This document shows positions 26,486 to 39,173 of a stretch of DNA of 64,000 bases, one piece after another. Source of the DNA: Lama glama (Eukaryota); NCBI GenBank assembly GCA_028534125.1, contig CM052817.1:4962001-5026000 (forward strand), written 5' to 3'. How positions within the stretch are numbered: the first letter of the stretch is position 1; each line of letters opens with the position of its first letter. Below the pieces are notes generated by a model that worked only from the letters and a program-made list of their open reading frames with translations, made no database searches and was not told the origin of the DNA. The translations under genes were made by a program, and so were the position numbers.

Positions 26486-27499
26486 CGGAAGGGGCATCCC
26501 TGTTGGAAGATTCCATGGTGGACCAGCAGGGGGCCTGGTGTGTCCCAGCGACACACAAACCCCGAGGCCCGTATCTTACCTCTAAGCTGGGCTGGAAAGT
26601 GGAGCGAAGATGGAGAGAGAAAGAGAAAGTTTAAAAGAGGGTCAAGCTGCTGCTCCAATGCTGGGAACTAAGTGTGGGGCTCACTTCCCTTCAGGGACCG
26701 GCCGTTCCATCCAAGCTCATATGGAAATGCCTGAGGGGGGCCTGCCCTGCACATCTCCACACGGCCCAAGCCCGCATCCACATAGCAGCCGCCCAGGACC
26801 AATGCGAGTTCGGTCATTACAAATCCACCCAAAAAATATCCACTGAGCCAGTCACTGACGAAGGGGCTACAAAAGGTTAACACTATCTTGCAATGCTGAA
26901 TATCACTGTTTTGCATCTATCTTCCTTTAGCTTGACTTTATCTGTCTTCCTATTTATAGACTTCTTCCTCCATTTTCAATTTAAGCTAGAAATACCAAGT
27001 GCCTTTGTAAAAAGTTCTATTCAAGTAAAATCATTCAAGACAGAGAAAAGTATTAAGTAAACAACTACAGGTAACATGTGGCTATGATATAAAAAAATAG
27101 TTCTGCAGGTGGGATGCAAATGACTGCATCTTGGCATGACAGAAAGAGCTTTCCAGTTACACAGAAAGAAGCGAGACCAAGGACCACAATTTTACCACCT
27201 AAGACAAATGAGTCCACCTCTCCAAACTCCAACAACCTCGGGTATGAAATGGAGCTAACGTTACCTCTCGTACTCTGAAGTGTTATTCTGAAGACCAAAT
27301 AAAATCGTGTATGGAGAATGTTTGGTCCACAGTAGGTGTTTCTTAAACAGAATTTGTTTTTCCTTCTCCCCAGTCTCTCTCCTTCAGACGCCAGGAGGGA
27401 CCCTTTCACAGGTTCCATGGTGATGTTTCTTTGTCTCTTCTGACAGACACTCAAGGACAAGCAGCTACAAGACAGACACTCTTAAAGCCCTGGGGCCCA

Positions 27500-28640
27500 C
27501 GCTAGATGGGACAAGCGGTCCTCACAGGGACTCCGGTCTCATGGGGGAGACAGACATTAATAGAGCTAACGAAGCACTTAACTACAGCCATGATACGTGC
27601 AATGATTAGCATGTGGTAGTTTGAGGGAGGCTCCCTGAGGGTCCTGACCCAGTCTGGGAATCAGATAAGGCACCTTGTAGAAAGATGAGTCGGGGATAAC
27701 TAAGACCACTGGGGGGTGGGGGGGACAACAGGTGATAAGGCCCTGGGCAGGCATGCAACTTACAAGAAACTGAAAGACTGCTCGTGTGGCTGAAGAGTAT
27801 ATATAGTTGCACTGATTACAGGAAGAATGAGGAGAGTAACTCACTTGATGGGCGGGTGACCACGAGCCAGGTACCAGACTAACAAGTCCAAGTGCACTGT
27901 CATTGAACTGGCGCCGTGAACTAAACTCACGCGAGATGAGATTAACTGCGTGAGATGAGTAATCAAACTCACGCAGGAACTGAACTCACGCGAGATGAGA
28001 TTAGATGGGTGAGATGAGTAATCAAACTCACGCAGGGAACTGAACTCACGCAGGGAACTGAACTCACGCGAGATGAGACGCCAAGGGAGAAAAGGGCAGG
28101 TTGTAGACCCAGAGAGGGTCTTGGAGGACTCATAACGTTCCCAAGTCATCACCAGGAGAGAGATGAAGCCACTAAGGACCACTAAGCACGAAACGATCGT
28201 ACTTGAGATTTAAAGCTATAATTCTGGCGGTTGGATGGAGGTGCTGAAAGGGCAAGGGGGAGCATGGAGACCAGCTAGGAGGCAGCACAGGGGGCTCAGA
28301 GGGGCGACGTTTGAATGGCGTTTGAATGGACGTGGCGACGGTGTGGCTGGAAAGAAAGTGCAGACCGGGGAGATGTTTGGGAGGTAAAGTCAACGCAGCC
28401 AAGCGCCTGACTGGTTTTGTGGAGGTAAGGGAGATGGAAGTATCAAGGAAAATCTGAGACATTTGGGCTTCTGCAGCTGGGTAATCATGGTACTGTACAC
28501 TAAGCTGGGAAACAAGGAACATGAATTTGACTGAGGTCGTTTTGAAATTTGAGGTATTAATTCTCTTGAGACGTTCGAGTGGGAAAAAAAAATACACAGG
28601 AACACAGATTTGGAGCCCGGAGGAGAAACAAATTAAGGGA
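27500..28640 (-). mobile_element. L2 LINE fragment hosting a tandem repeat
   Basis: L2-like purine-rich sequence (ggaagtatcaaggaaaatctgagacatttgggctt; ttttgaaatttgagg). Confidence 0.6.
27918..28078. repeat. Compound tandem repeat (~59-bp and 18-bp periods; core AACTCACGC six times)
   Basis: AACTCACGC starts at 27924, 27966, 27983, 28025, 28043 and 28061. Confidence 0.9.
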
Positions 28641-28657
28641 ATAAATTACTGAGTCAC

Positions 28658-28960
28658 TGTTATATTGGAATATGCACCAATTATTAATGTATCGTCTCAG
28701 CTCCAAATCCACTGCTTTGTGACGCTGGACAGGGCCCTGTAGACATTTGTTTCCAGCCAGCTTCGTGTTAGGCATGGACAATAGAGGGCGCAAGAGACAC
28801 GCTGCCAGCCCCGAGTAGGAGGAAGGGACATCCTCTCCTCCGGTGTGCCGTTTTCCACCCTGCAGCAGTAGGCGGGCGTGCAGGCGGCCCTCATCGAGGA
28901 GCTGCAGCCAGCGTCCTGCGGCAAGTTTCTGTGCCACCCAGTAGGATGCCTGTCCTGCTG
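28658..28960. mobile_element. LTR33-like ERVL LTR fragment
   Basis: atgcaccaattattaatgtatcgtctcagctccaaatccac...aatagagggcgcaagagacac resembles the LTR33 end. Confidence 0.6.
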
Positions 28961-29399
28961 ATAACCAGGGCCTGGCCAAACAGATGTGAAACACAGCCTA
29001 GGTGGAGAGGGGGGCCCTCTTCTTGACTTCTGAGTTCCTTACTTGTTCATGCACCCTCAGCCCTAGGGAAGCAGCTGTTTTGCCTGAGTTGCTACTTCTG
29101 AATCTCCTGAGTCCTGACTTCTTTTCATAGTTAACCTTTTTACTAGATGACAGTTCTTTGTAGTACTTTTTGCCTTTGTAACGCTGCTGTGGCTTTGGTC
29201 TCCTGACTGCACTCAGACTGTAGAGGGTGACTGAACACATAGGGGCTGACAGGATCACCTGCGGAGACAGTGCAGAGCACTAAGGAACAGGTCCAAGGAC
29301 TCAGTCTTGAGGAATTCCAAGATTTATTGCAAGGGAGAGGAGGCTGGTCTTACCAGGGAGACGGAGAAGGAACAGCTAACGAACATCATAAAGGATTCA

Positions 29400-30410
29400 A
29401 AAAGGGAAATCACAAAATAGGAGACAATCTTTGCAACGCTTATAACTGACAAAGAAGTGTCATCTAGAATATGCAAAGAACTACAAATCAATCAAAAAAG
29501 GCAGACTTCTAGTAGGAAAATTAACCAAGCTATGAACAGGTCCATCACCAAAGCGGGAACTAAATATATGAAGAAACCTCAACCTTGTGGATGAAGAAAT
29601 GCAGTTTAAAACAACAATAAGATACCATTTTATACTCATTCAATTGGCAAATATGAAAAAGCCCACAACACTAAATATTGGCCAGGAAGTAGAGGTGTGT
29701 TGTCCTACAGGGTAGCTGCAAGCCACACGTGGCTTTTGAGCACTTTAAATGTAGCTAGTCCAAATTAAGATGTGCTGTTAAGTGTAAAATCCACACCCAA
29801 TTTCAAAGGCTTTGTATGAGTAAAAGAATATAAAATATGTCAATAGTTTTGACACTGAAATTATAATACTTTAGTTAGGTTAAATAAGATGTATTATTAA
29901 GTTCACCTAGTTCTTTTTGTCTTTGTAATGTCACTACTAGAAAATCTGAAATTACAAATGTGGCTTGATTTGTAGACTTCATCATATTTCCTTAGAACAG
30001 CGCAGATGCAGAGCAATGGAAGTGTCTGTACATGGTTTCTCAGAGTGTAAACTGATACAACCACTTTGGAAAACCATTTGCCATTATCTTATAAAGTGGT
30101 ACATACACCTATTCCATGACCCATACATATCCTAGAGAAATCCGTGCATATGTGCACCAGGAGGCATATACAAAATTGTTCACAGAAGCAGTGTTCATAA
30201 TAGTTCCAAACTAGCAAGAATACAAGTGTCCGCTGTCAGAAGGAAGGCTAGAATTGATGGTGCAGTCACGTAATGGAACATTATACATTAGTGAAAGTGA
30301 AGAGAATGCAGCTATACACAGCATGGATAAATCTTAGAAACTCATCTTGAGCAAAAACAGCAAATCACAGACAAAAACTAAAACACGGTACCATTTTTGT
30401 AAATTTCATT
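29400..30410 (+). mobile_element. Old L1 (L1ME-like) 3' region
   Basis: aaacaacaataagataccattttatac; gatacaaccactttggaaaacc; split by a MER33-like element. Confidence 0.7.
29692..30004. mobile_element. MER33-like hAT-Charlie element
   Basis: gtagctgcaagccacacgtggcttttgagcactttaaatgtagctagtccaaattaagatgtgctgttaagtgtaaaat. Confidence 0.72.
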
Positions 30411-30796
30411 GAGCAGTAACAAGTGAACACTGTGCAGTTAGGAATGACAAGGCGTGGAAAAGTGGGTGGGGTAAGGGAGACATGCCCAGAGCACTTCCAA
30501 AGAACTGGACATGTCTACTTCTCCACTTGGATTATGAGTTCATGGGTGAGCTCATTCTCTTATTTCCAAGAAAGAAAGACTTACAATCGTATGCTAGTTC
30601 TAAGAACCAAATGATCATGGTGACTCTAGTCAGAGTTATTTCGCTGAAATGATGAAGCCTGATGTAGTGACTTGAGGCACAGGTTGTCATGAGAATTTGA
30701 GGACACCAAGTGATGACTGCTTTCTCAGGAAAGATGGTCGTGAAAGTGAGGAGGGTTGGGTAGAAGACCTAAGGTGACGTGGGTATCAGGGAGAGC

Positions 30797-31257
30797 TTAT
30801 TTTTATTTTTATAATCATAATTTAGTTGATTTACAATGTTGTCTTAGTTTCTGGTGTACAGCATAGTGATTCAGTTATACATATTATTTTCATAGTTTCA
30901 TTATAGATTATTATAAGATACTGAATGTAGTTCCCTGTGCTATACCGTAGGTCCTTGCTTTTTATCTCTTCTTTATATAGTACTTTGTATCTGCAAATCC
31001 CACCTTCTAATTTATCCCTCCCTACCTGTCCCCTTTGGTAACCATAAGTTTGTTAGCTATGGCTGTGAGTCTCTTTCTGTTTTGTGTTCATTTGTGTCTT
31101 TTTTTTTTTTGATTCCATATAAAAGTGGTATCATACGATATTTATCTTTCTCTGTATGACTTACTTCTCTTAGTATGATAATCTCTAGGTCCATTCATGT
31201 TGCTGCAAATGGTATTATTTCATTCTTTTTTATGGCTGAGTAATATATATATATATA

Positions 31258-31309
<52 letters not shown>

Positions 31310-31520
31310 ATGTGTGTGTGTGTATATATATATACACCACAACTTCTTTATCCAGTCATCTGTTGATGGACAGTTAGGTTGCTCCCATGTCTTGGCTATT
31401 GTAACTAGTGCTGCTATGGACACTGGGGTGCATGTATGTTTTCAAATTAGAGTTTTCTCCAAATATATGCCCAGGAGTGGGATTTCTGGATCATACAGTA
31501 GTTCTGTTTTTAGTTTTCTA
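30797..31520 (-). mobile_element. Young L1 3' end containing a (TA)n/(TG)n microsatellite
   Basis: L1 3'UTR through atgcccaggagtgggatttctggatcat. Confidence 0.88.
31243..31334. repeat. (TA)n/(TG)n compound microsatellite
   Basis: Directly visible. Confidence 0.97.
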
Positions 31521-31584
31521 ATAAGTTAGGGAAAGTTTGCTTTAAAAATATAAGTCACTATGTACAGATTAACACTGAGGAGAG

Positions 31585-34110
31585 GACTTCTGCTTCTGGT
31601 CGACTAGAGTGTTTTTGGTCAGCCTTCCTGCTAATAAAAACTAGAATAACTATACAAAATAAATCTTCAGAAAATCTGTCTGAAGGACTCATAGAGCTGT
31701 CAAGGGAGTAAGGAACTGCGGGTTAAATATCTACAAAAAAAAGAAAAGCCAAGAGATGGGTCCAGCATTTGGGGTCGCTCTTCCTCAAGAGGCAGCTGCC
31801 AAATCTGAGAGCGGCTTTCAGGAGGCTGAGAAGCCAAGCAAGGTGTGAAACCCTCACCGGCTTTAGGGCCAGGACATACACTAACAGCCAGAGCCTCCCA
31901 AGGAAGAAGAGGCTTCATAAACCCGGTGCTTCTCGTAAGGAATCCCAAGGGCTTCATTCCAGGAGTGACTGTGAAAAGGATGAAAAGAGTCCTCACAGGA
32001 TGTCTGATCATCTCAAGCTCCGTGAAGACTGAGATGAAATGTAACCCCTGGCATTCCAGCTTAGCTATTTACAAAAAGCAAAAGGAAAACATTTCTGAGG
32101 AAACAGAGCATTATCCAAAGCCCCAAATTATCTCTATACTGTTTCCTAAATAATGCCCAGCATGTTCAAAAAAAAAAAAAAACTACCACCAGGCAAGTAA
32201 GAAAACAAGAGATGTCTAAAAGGAAACAGTTGACAACAGAAATAGAAGGTTACCAAATAATGGAGTCATCAAACATGTCTTCTAAGTAAACATGATTGAT
32301 ATGTTTAATTAAAAAGCCAGTTCTGAGAATTTCAGCAGCAGTGGAAAGCCATTAAAATGAACCAAATGGTGGTTCTAGAACTGAAAAGTGCAATAAGCTA
32401 TGTTGAGAACTTGATAGTTATACTGGATAGCAGACAGACAAGCCTGAAATGATTACAAAAGAAATAGGCTAGAAGAAAATATTTGATCAGAAAGTAAAGA
32501 GAAATAAAAGAATCTTTAAAAATACAGAAATACTGTCAGAGCCGTGTGGGGCATAGCGCTAAGGCATACATACAGTACCTGTGCAATTTGAGTTCGACGG
32601 TGTGAGGAGAAAGAGAAAGTGTCACAGTGTTACTAGAAGGCTAAGTAAGAATCCTGCAAAACCGTCAGTGCTGTTCAGGCACAGTCACCAGAAGCATGAG
32701 CCACAGCAGAAAGTGGCTGGGACACCACATCTCTGCACACTGGAATTAAATTTCTGAAAACAAAATAGAAAATCTTAAAATCAGCTAGACAGATAAAATG
32801 TATCTGCTTAGTACTGACAGCTGTCTTTTAATCAGAAACAATAAAAGCCACAAGACAACAGAATTATATCTTCAAAATGCTGAAGGTAAAAGCTGCCAAC
32901 ATAGAACCTGATATCCAGAAGAAGAATCATTCATAAAGTTTAAATAAAGACAATTTCAGAAGAATGGTAAGTGAGAAGGCTCATCACCATACGGCATACA
33001 CTAAAGGGAATGCTAAAGAAAGCACTTCAGGCAGAGTGAAAGTAATTTCAATGGGAACTTCTAAGTGAAGGAAGAAATAACAGAATATGTGAGTAAATAT
33101 AATCAACGATCTAAGATTCTGTCTCAAAAATCTAGAAAAAGAACATTACGTTAAACCTAAAATTACACAGGAGAAAATTAAAATAACAAATCAGTGAATC
33201 ATTAGCAAACAAATAAAAATGAACAAAGCCAAGGCTATTTATAAATTTAAAAAACTGATAAACTCAGGCAAGACCAATGAAAATAAAGGAGAGGGAAAAT
33301 ACAAATTACCAAAATCAGTACTGAAAAAGAAGACATCACTACAGATCCTACAACCACTGAAAAGATTAAAAGGCTGTTATGAACAAAGTTACGCCACTAC
33401 ATTTGAACTTAGAAATAATAACAATCCTACACAGACTCTTACAGAGAATTGCAAGCAATGGTATACTTCCAAATTTTTTTAAGGAGACCAATATAACCTT
33501 GATACCAAAAAACTAACGAAGACATTAAAAGTGTGCTCTTTCTTGCTGTTCTTTGGAAGAGTTTGTGGAGTATTATTATTTCTAACATTTGGAAGAATTC
33601 ACGTAGACATGAATTCATGAAGACACCTAGGCTTAGACCTTCCTTCGCAATAAAGTTTTTATTTTTATTACAGACTCAATTCTTTAATAGATACAGAATT
33701 ACTCTAACATTTAAATTCTTGTAAGTTGTATTTTTCAAAGTAGTTATTTTATCTAAGTTTCAAGTGTATTGGCATAATGTTCACAATATCCTCACGAAAA
33801 ATTTAGAAACAAAATATTAGCAAATCAGATTGAATAATTTACCACTCATGAGAAAGTCGGTTTTATGTCAAAAATGAAAGGTTGATTTAATATTTTAAAA
33901 TGCTCTAAAATTTTAATTCTTCATCTAGTCAGAAAAAGGAGAAAAACCACATATCATCTCAACAGATGGAGAAAAATCATTTACTTAAACTCAGCCCTCA
34001 TTGATAATAAAAACTCTTCAGCAAATCAGGATAGAATGGAAATAAGGTGATACAGGTGTCTACAATAACAATATAGCTAACATAACAATGGTAAAATAGC
34101 AAACACGTTC
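31585..34110 (+). mobile_element. Old L1 5'UTR/ORF1/ORF2 remnant with an internal inverted segment
   Basis: Degraded ORF1 and ORF2 (ataaccttgataccaaaa; catatcatctcaacagatggagaaaaatcattt); 33531-33793 is L1 on the opposite strand. Confidence 0.7.
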
Positions 34111-34139
34111 TGTCTGAAGAAGGCTGGTTTTGGTAAGTG

Positions 34140-34520
34140 TGCCAACTAGGATAGACTGTGTTATGCTGCATAACAAGCAGCCCCAATCTCAGTGACTTAA
34201 AACAGCAGAGGTTTCTGTCTCACCGATGCCATGTCGCAGATCAGGTTGGCTGGTTTTGGGTATGGCCTCCATTCCACTCTGGGCTCACTCTGGGAACCAG
34301 GCTGAAGTCATTTCCACCCTCCAGAGCACTGTAGTTGCCCAAACAGAGGAGGAAAGAAACAAAGTGACATCTGGTTCTTAAATACTTTTTCCAGGATGTG
34401 ACACACATCACCTCTGCTGACACTGATCCAAGCAGGTCACACAGTCCCACATAACTTCAAGGGACAGGGAAGTATAATTTTTTTGTATGCATAGAAATGA
34501 GCAGGGACAGGATAGGGGTG
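34140..34520 (-). mobile_element. MaLR (MLT1J/K-like) LTR
   Basis: gttatgctgcataacaagcagccccaatctcagtgacttaaaacagcagagg. Confidence 0.65.
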
Positions 34521-35310
34521 AACAGCGGTAAAGTCCCACAGTGAGTGAATGGGATGTTATATCACTGACTTCACAGATGGAGTACTTCTGGGAGATGAAC
34601 CAGATGCCAAAATCCTGTGAATAAGGACACTCCGAGGAGGTCATACAAATTTGGCTACTAAGCCTGATTTTCTCTTGCTGGGTAGTTCTGTTGTGCCAGG
34701 CCTCCCCTGGCATCCTGAACTGTTTGTCCCATTGCTGTCTGCATGAGAATATCCCTTTAGGGTGTCAGGACCCTCGCTGCTCTTTCTAGAACACTTTCTC
34801 CATCTCTGTGTACAGTTGCTCAGAGCTCAGATTTTAGATAACTGAGTATTGTTAAGAATATTTTGTTCCTTCCAGTTCTCTCAGGAAAATGCCTAAGCTC
34901 AGTGCTAGCTTATGCTGTTTGATCCTCCTAAAATACCGATCCTTTTTCCCTCAAAGCGTTTAAACCCTTCCCTCAAGACTCAACAGAAACCTGTCGCCAC
35001 CCTAACACCCTATTCACTCCAGCTCGGAGCATGAGAGCCATCCCCCCTCTCTCCACCCTTTGGCTCTCCCCCGCAAAAGGAATTTTGTCTTTCGGGGAAA
35101 GCAGTGGGGAGAAGCTCTGCCTTTTCTCTCACTGGGAAGAGAACTGATACCCCAGATCACGATCCATAAGAGTCTGATATCCACTGACCATTACAGATTG
35201 TCATTTAAAAAAATGTCTTGGGGGTTCTCTGCGACTGGGAGTCACAATCCCAGAGCCCACTTTACAGACTCAAAGTTCTCTGCCCGGGCAAGTCTCAAAA
35301 GTTGAAATGA

Positions 35311-35455
35311 GGAGGAGGGTATAGCTCAAGTGGCAGAGCACACGCTTAGCATGCATGAGGTCTTGGGTTCAATCCCCAGTGCCTCCATAAAAAAAAAAAA
35401 AAAAAAAACCTAAATAAATAAATAAAACTAATTACCTCGCCCTGCAAAAAGAAAA
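35311..35455 (+). mobile_element. tRNA-derived SINE (Vic-1-like) with 14-bp TSD
   Basis: A box tagctcaagtgg, B box ggttcaatcc, A-rich tail; aaaagttgaaatga at 35297-35310 and 35456-35469. Confidence 0.9.
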
Positions 35456-35899
35456 AAAAGTTGAAATGAAGGGACAGGAGCAGAAAGGCCATTCTGGACT
35501 CAAATCCAAGTCAGTTGTCTAAATCAACTTTACTGGTAAAGAGTCTGAAATTTCTGCATTGGTTTTTCAGTAGCTTCTGAACCCAGAATAATGTAAGAAA
35601 TCGGCCCCCAATAAGTGATGACTTTCATCTCTCATTCAACAAAGAGCTGCTCTAGGCCTTCCCTGGCCCCGTCCTAGGCCATGCAGACACAAGCGTGAAA
35701 AGGGAAGGATGACTGCTCCCCAGTGAGCCACAGATCAGTGCGGAGGTGGACATGCAACTTGGCAATTAAATAAAATAAGCTGAAGTGTTCCCACCATGTT
35801 TCAAGGAACACAAAAATAACAGGTGCCGGAGAGGACAGCTGTGTCTCTTTCACCTGCCTGCCCAGCATCCACGGCCCTTCTTCTAAAGATACCCCAGTG

Positions 35900-36260
35900 T
35901 TCCCTGAGAGTATTCTGCACATATCTTCTTAGTCTAAATGCCCCAAGGGAAGTCAACTCTACACCGTGAATTCAAGGGTGGGCACGTGGTCCAGCCTGGC
36001 CAATTAGAGCTCAGCCTCCCTGGTCACAGCCACTGGTTCAACACGGGCCCATGGCTTCATCAGAACCCATCAGAACTAACCCTGGGATGTTTTCTGCAAC
36101 AACAATGAAAAAGATGCTCCCTTTTCCAAACTTGGAGCTGTGAGGTTGCGAGCCGGGGGCTGGAAGGGCCTCCGGAGGAGACAGCCAGCTGCAGCCACAC
36201 AGGGGAGGGAATCCAAGAAGGAAAATTCAGGAACCTGGTTCCACCCCCGGCCAATAAGAG
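35900..36260 (+). mobile_element. Old MaLR (MLT1) LTR fragment
   Basis: gggcacgtggtccagcctggccaattagagc...cactggttca. Confidence 0.5.
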
Positions 36261-37499
36261 CGACACCTTTGTTCATTCATGTAGCCATTCATCCATCAAA
36301 AATCTGCTGGGCACCTGTTACGTCCCAGGTGTTCTTTACTCTACTTGCATCTCTACTTGAAGGAGCTTGTAACCCCCCTGGAGGAGATAAATGACGCCCA
36401 CTTGAACGAGATTGCTCTGGCTGCTGCACTGAGGTGCCACTGAAGGGGTAAGGGGAAAAGGAAGGTTACTGTAATAACCTAGGTGAGAGATGTGACCCTG
36501 CCTGGGACCAGAATGGAAGTGATGCAGGTGGTGAGAAGTGGCCAAAGCCAGTTCATCCCCTTCAAAGGCACTCATGTCACTTCCCTGTCACCTGCAGCTA
36601 GAGGAGGAGAACATGCCATGTCCTGTCTACTTCTGGATGCCACCCACATCAAATGCCCTGTTACTTCAGATACCACTAAGAAAGAAATGCTACCAACTAA
36701 TCTATGACGTGATTCTTTCTCATCCCTTGAAAGTGCTCTTTCAGATCTATTCTATAACATCTAAGTAGGAACAGCTATGACCACATGCAAACAATAAAAC
36801 TACATCACGAACACCGCCTTGAACAACAGTGACCATAAAGCACATCCCAATGTCAAAACCATTAAACCAAGAGAAAACGTGTGCCTTATAATCAGTGAAA
36901 CAGAACAGCGTGCATACATATGTCTGACATTACAGGGATGATGGATGCATGTTTTATCCTCACGACATCCATACTTATTTTTATGAGGGTTGGGAGGTAT
37001 AAACGCATCCTACAATTCATTTCTACTTAACCATCTCAGACTGATTTATGGCCATTTTCTTCATCCCCCGTGTACAAGACAAATCAAAATGAATTTTTAA
37101 ATGGGACATGGATCTTAAAATCTAAGGTTTACCTCCTAGACTCCTGCATTAGACACACACATGCCTTATACAGATGTGGACACCAAGCCCTTAAGCCCAC
37201 ATCCCTCACATGGCCACCTCTCTAGCCTCCATCCCTGTACATATTCTAGAGATAAGAGCAAAGCTTATTCAAAGCAATTCTAAGCTTTCTCAGGGTATTT
37301 TTGGTTTTCACCTTCTGCACAGACCACAAGTGGTACAGGTTGGAAAACCAGGTGTAAAATGAGTGAGCTTGCCTAAAGTTCCAAAAAGAGTTGAAACAAA
37401 GTTGGAAGTGAATCCTGCAGCCTCAGAGAAAGGACTGTCTCCAAGTAAAGCATGATTGCAACTGAGGGGAGTGATTTTTTCATTTTCATTGCCAGAATA

Positions 37500-37516
37500 C
37501 GTGTGTGTTTGCGCGC

Positions 37517-37553
<37 letters not shown>
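37500..37553. repeat. (GC)n-(GT)n alternating purine-pyrimidine microsatellite
   Basis: tgcgcgcgcgcacgtgtgtgtg... directly visible. Confidence 0.95.
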
Positions 37554-38294
37554 CCATCTATTTATTTAAACCAAGAAGATGCTTTCACGTTCTAGACTGC
37601 ACTTGCGATTACCTGGCCCAGTAATAAAAAAAAACACTTCTTTTTAAGTGCCCCTGTAACCCACAACAATCTGAAATGAAAACACCCAGAGCTGGTTCTG
37701 AGGTTGTGAAATCAATACCCTCAAATGTGGACACTGGCCATAAATTGGTAAAATGTTGTTTAAAAAACCCTTTGGAAATGCAATTTAAGAACATGTTTCT
37801 GGAATCCTAAAAAGTAATCAATCCTTTGATCCACTAATCTTGCTCCTTGCACCTCATTGAAGGAATTCACTTAAAAGAAGAGAAATGCTGTACGTACAAA
37901 ATTTTCAAACAACTTATAAGGATGAAAAGCTGATCTGGGTGCCTCCTCCAAAAAGAAAAAAGAAAGAAAAGCTGAAAGCAGCCTGCACATCTAACAAGAA
38001 AACATTTAAGTAAATTATGATAGTTCCATCTGATGGAGTATTACAGCTCATTAAAATAATAACTGTGAAGACATTATGGCAACATAAAGTACTTAAAATC
38101 TGATGCTAAGAGAAAAAGCAGAAATCATTTTATTTGTGGCAAGTGTACTTTTACATAAAAATGTCTAGACGTGGATAAAAACAGGAAAGGAAAAAATAAC
38201 TTAAAAACAGTTTTGACATGACTCTGGAATGGTAGATAATTTTGTTTTCAGTCCCAGAACTAATATTACGATATGACTGCTCAACAAATGTTTT

Positions 38295-39173
38295 TATTTG
38301 CATTCTTTTTTATTGAAGCAGTCAGTTTACAACGTAGTGTCAATTTCTGGCACACAGCATCATGTTTCAGTCACACATGTACATATGTATATTCCTTTTC
38401 ACATTCTTTTTCATTACAGGTTACTACAAGATGCTGAATATAGTTCCCTGTGCTACACAGTACAAAGTTGTTATTTATCTATTTTATATTAGTAGCTAGT
38501 ATTTGCAAATCTCAAACTCCCAACTTATCCCTCCTTACCCCCCTTTATCCCCCAGTAACTGTAAGTTTGTTCTCTATGTCTTTGAGTTTCTTTCTGTTTT
38601 GTAATAAGTTCATTTGTGTCTTTTTTTTTTTAGATTCCACATATAAGTGATATCCTATGGTATTTTTCTTTCACTTTCTAGCTTGTTTCACTTAGAATGA
38701 TTTCCAGGTCCATCCATGTTACTGCAAATGGCATTATTTTATTCTTTTTATGGCTGAGCAGTATTCCATTGTGTAAATATACCCCAACTTCATCCATTCA
38801 TCTGCTGATGGACTTTTAGGTCGTTTCCACATCTTGGCTATTGTAAATAGTGCTGCTATGAACACTGGGGTGCATGTATCTTTTCAAATTAAAGTTCCTT
38901 CTATCCAGAGTGGGATTGCTGGATCACATGGTAAGTCTATGTTTAGTTTTTTTAAGGAATCTCCACACTGTTTTCCATAGGGGCTGCACCCATTTACATT
39001 CCCATCAGCAGCACAGGATGGTTCCTTTTCTCCACAGTCTCTCCAGCGTTTATTATTTGCAGACTTCTGAATGATGGCCATTCTGATTGGTGTGAGGTGA
39101 TAACCTCATTGCAGTTTTGATTTGTATTTCCCTAATGATTAGCAATATTGAGCATCTTTTCCTGCGCCTTCTG
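38295..39173 (-). mobile_element. Young 5'-truncated L1 with 10-bp TSD
   Basis: 3'UTR plus ORF2 end (38884-39081); caaatgtttt at 38285-38294 and 39174-39183. Confidence 0.88.

Noticed and set aside
27918..28078. CRISPR-like repeat-spacer array
   Set aside because: Mammalian DNA, the 'spacers' are themselves repeated, and there are no cas genes.
35311..35386. tRNA-like sequences here and at 41424 and 51621
   Set aside because: A-rich tails, TSDs and degenerate stems identify them as SINE heads, not tRNA genes.
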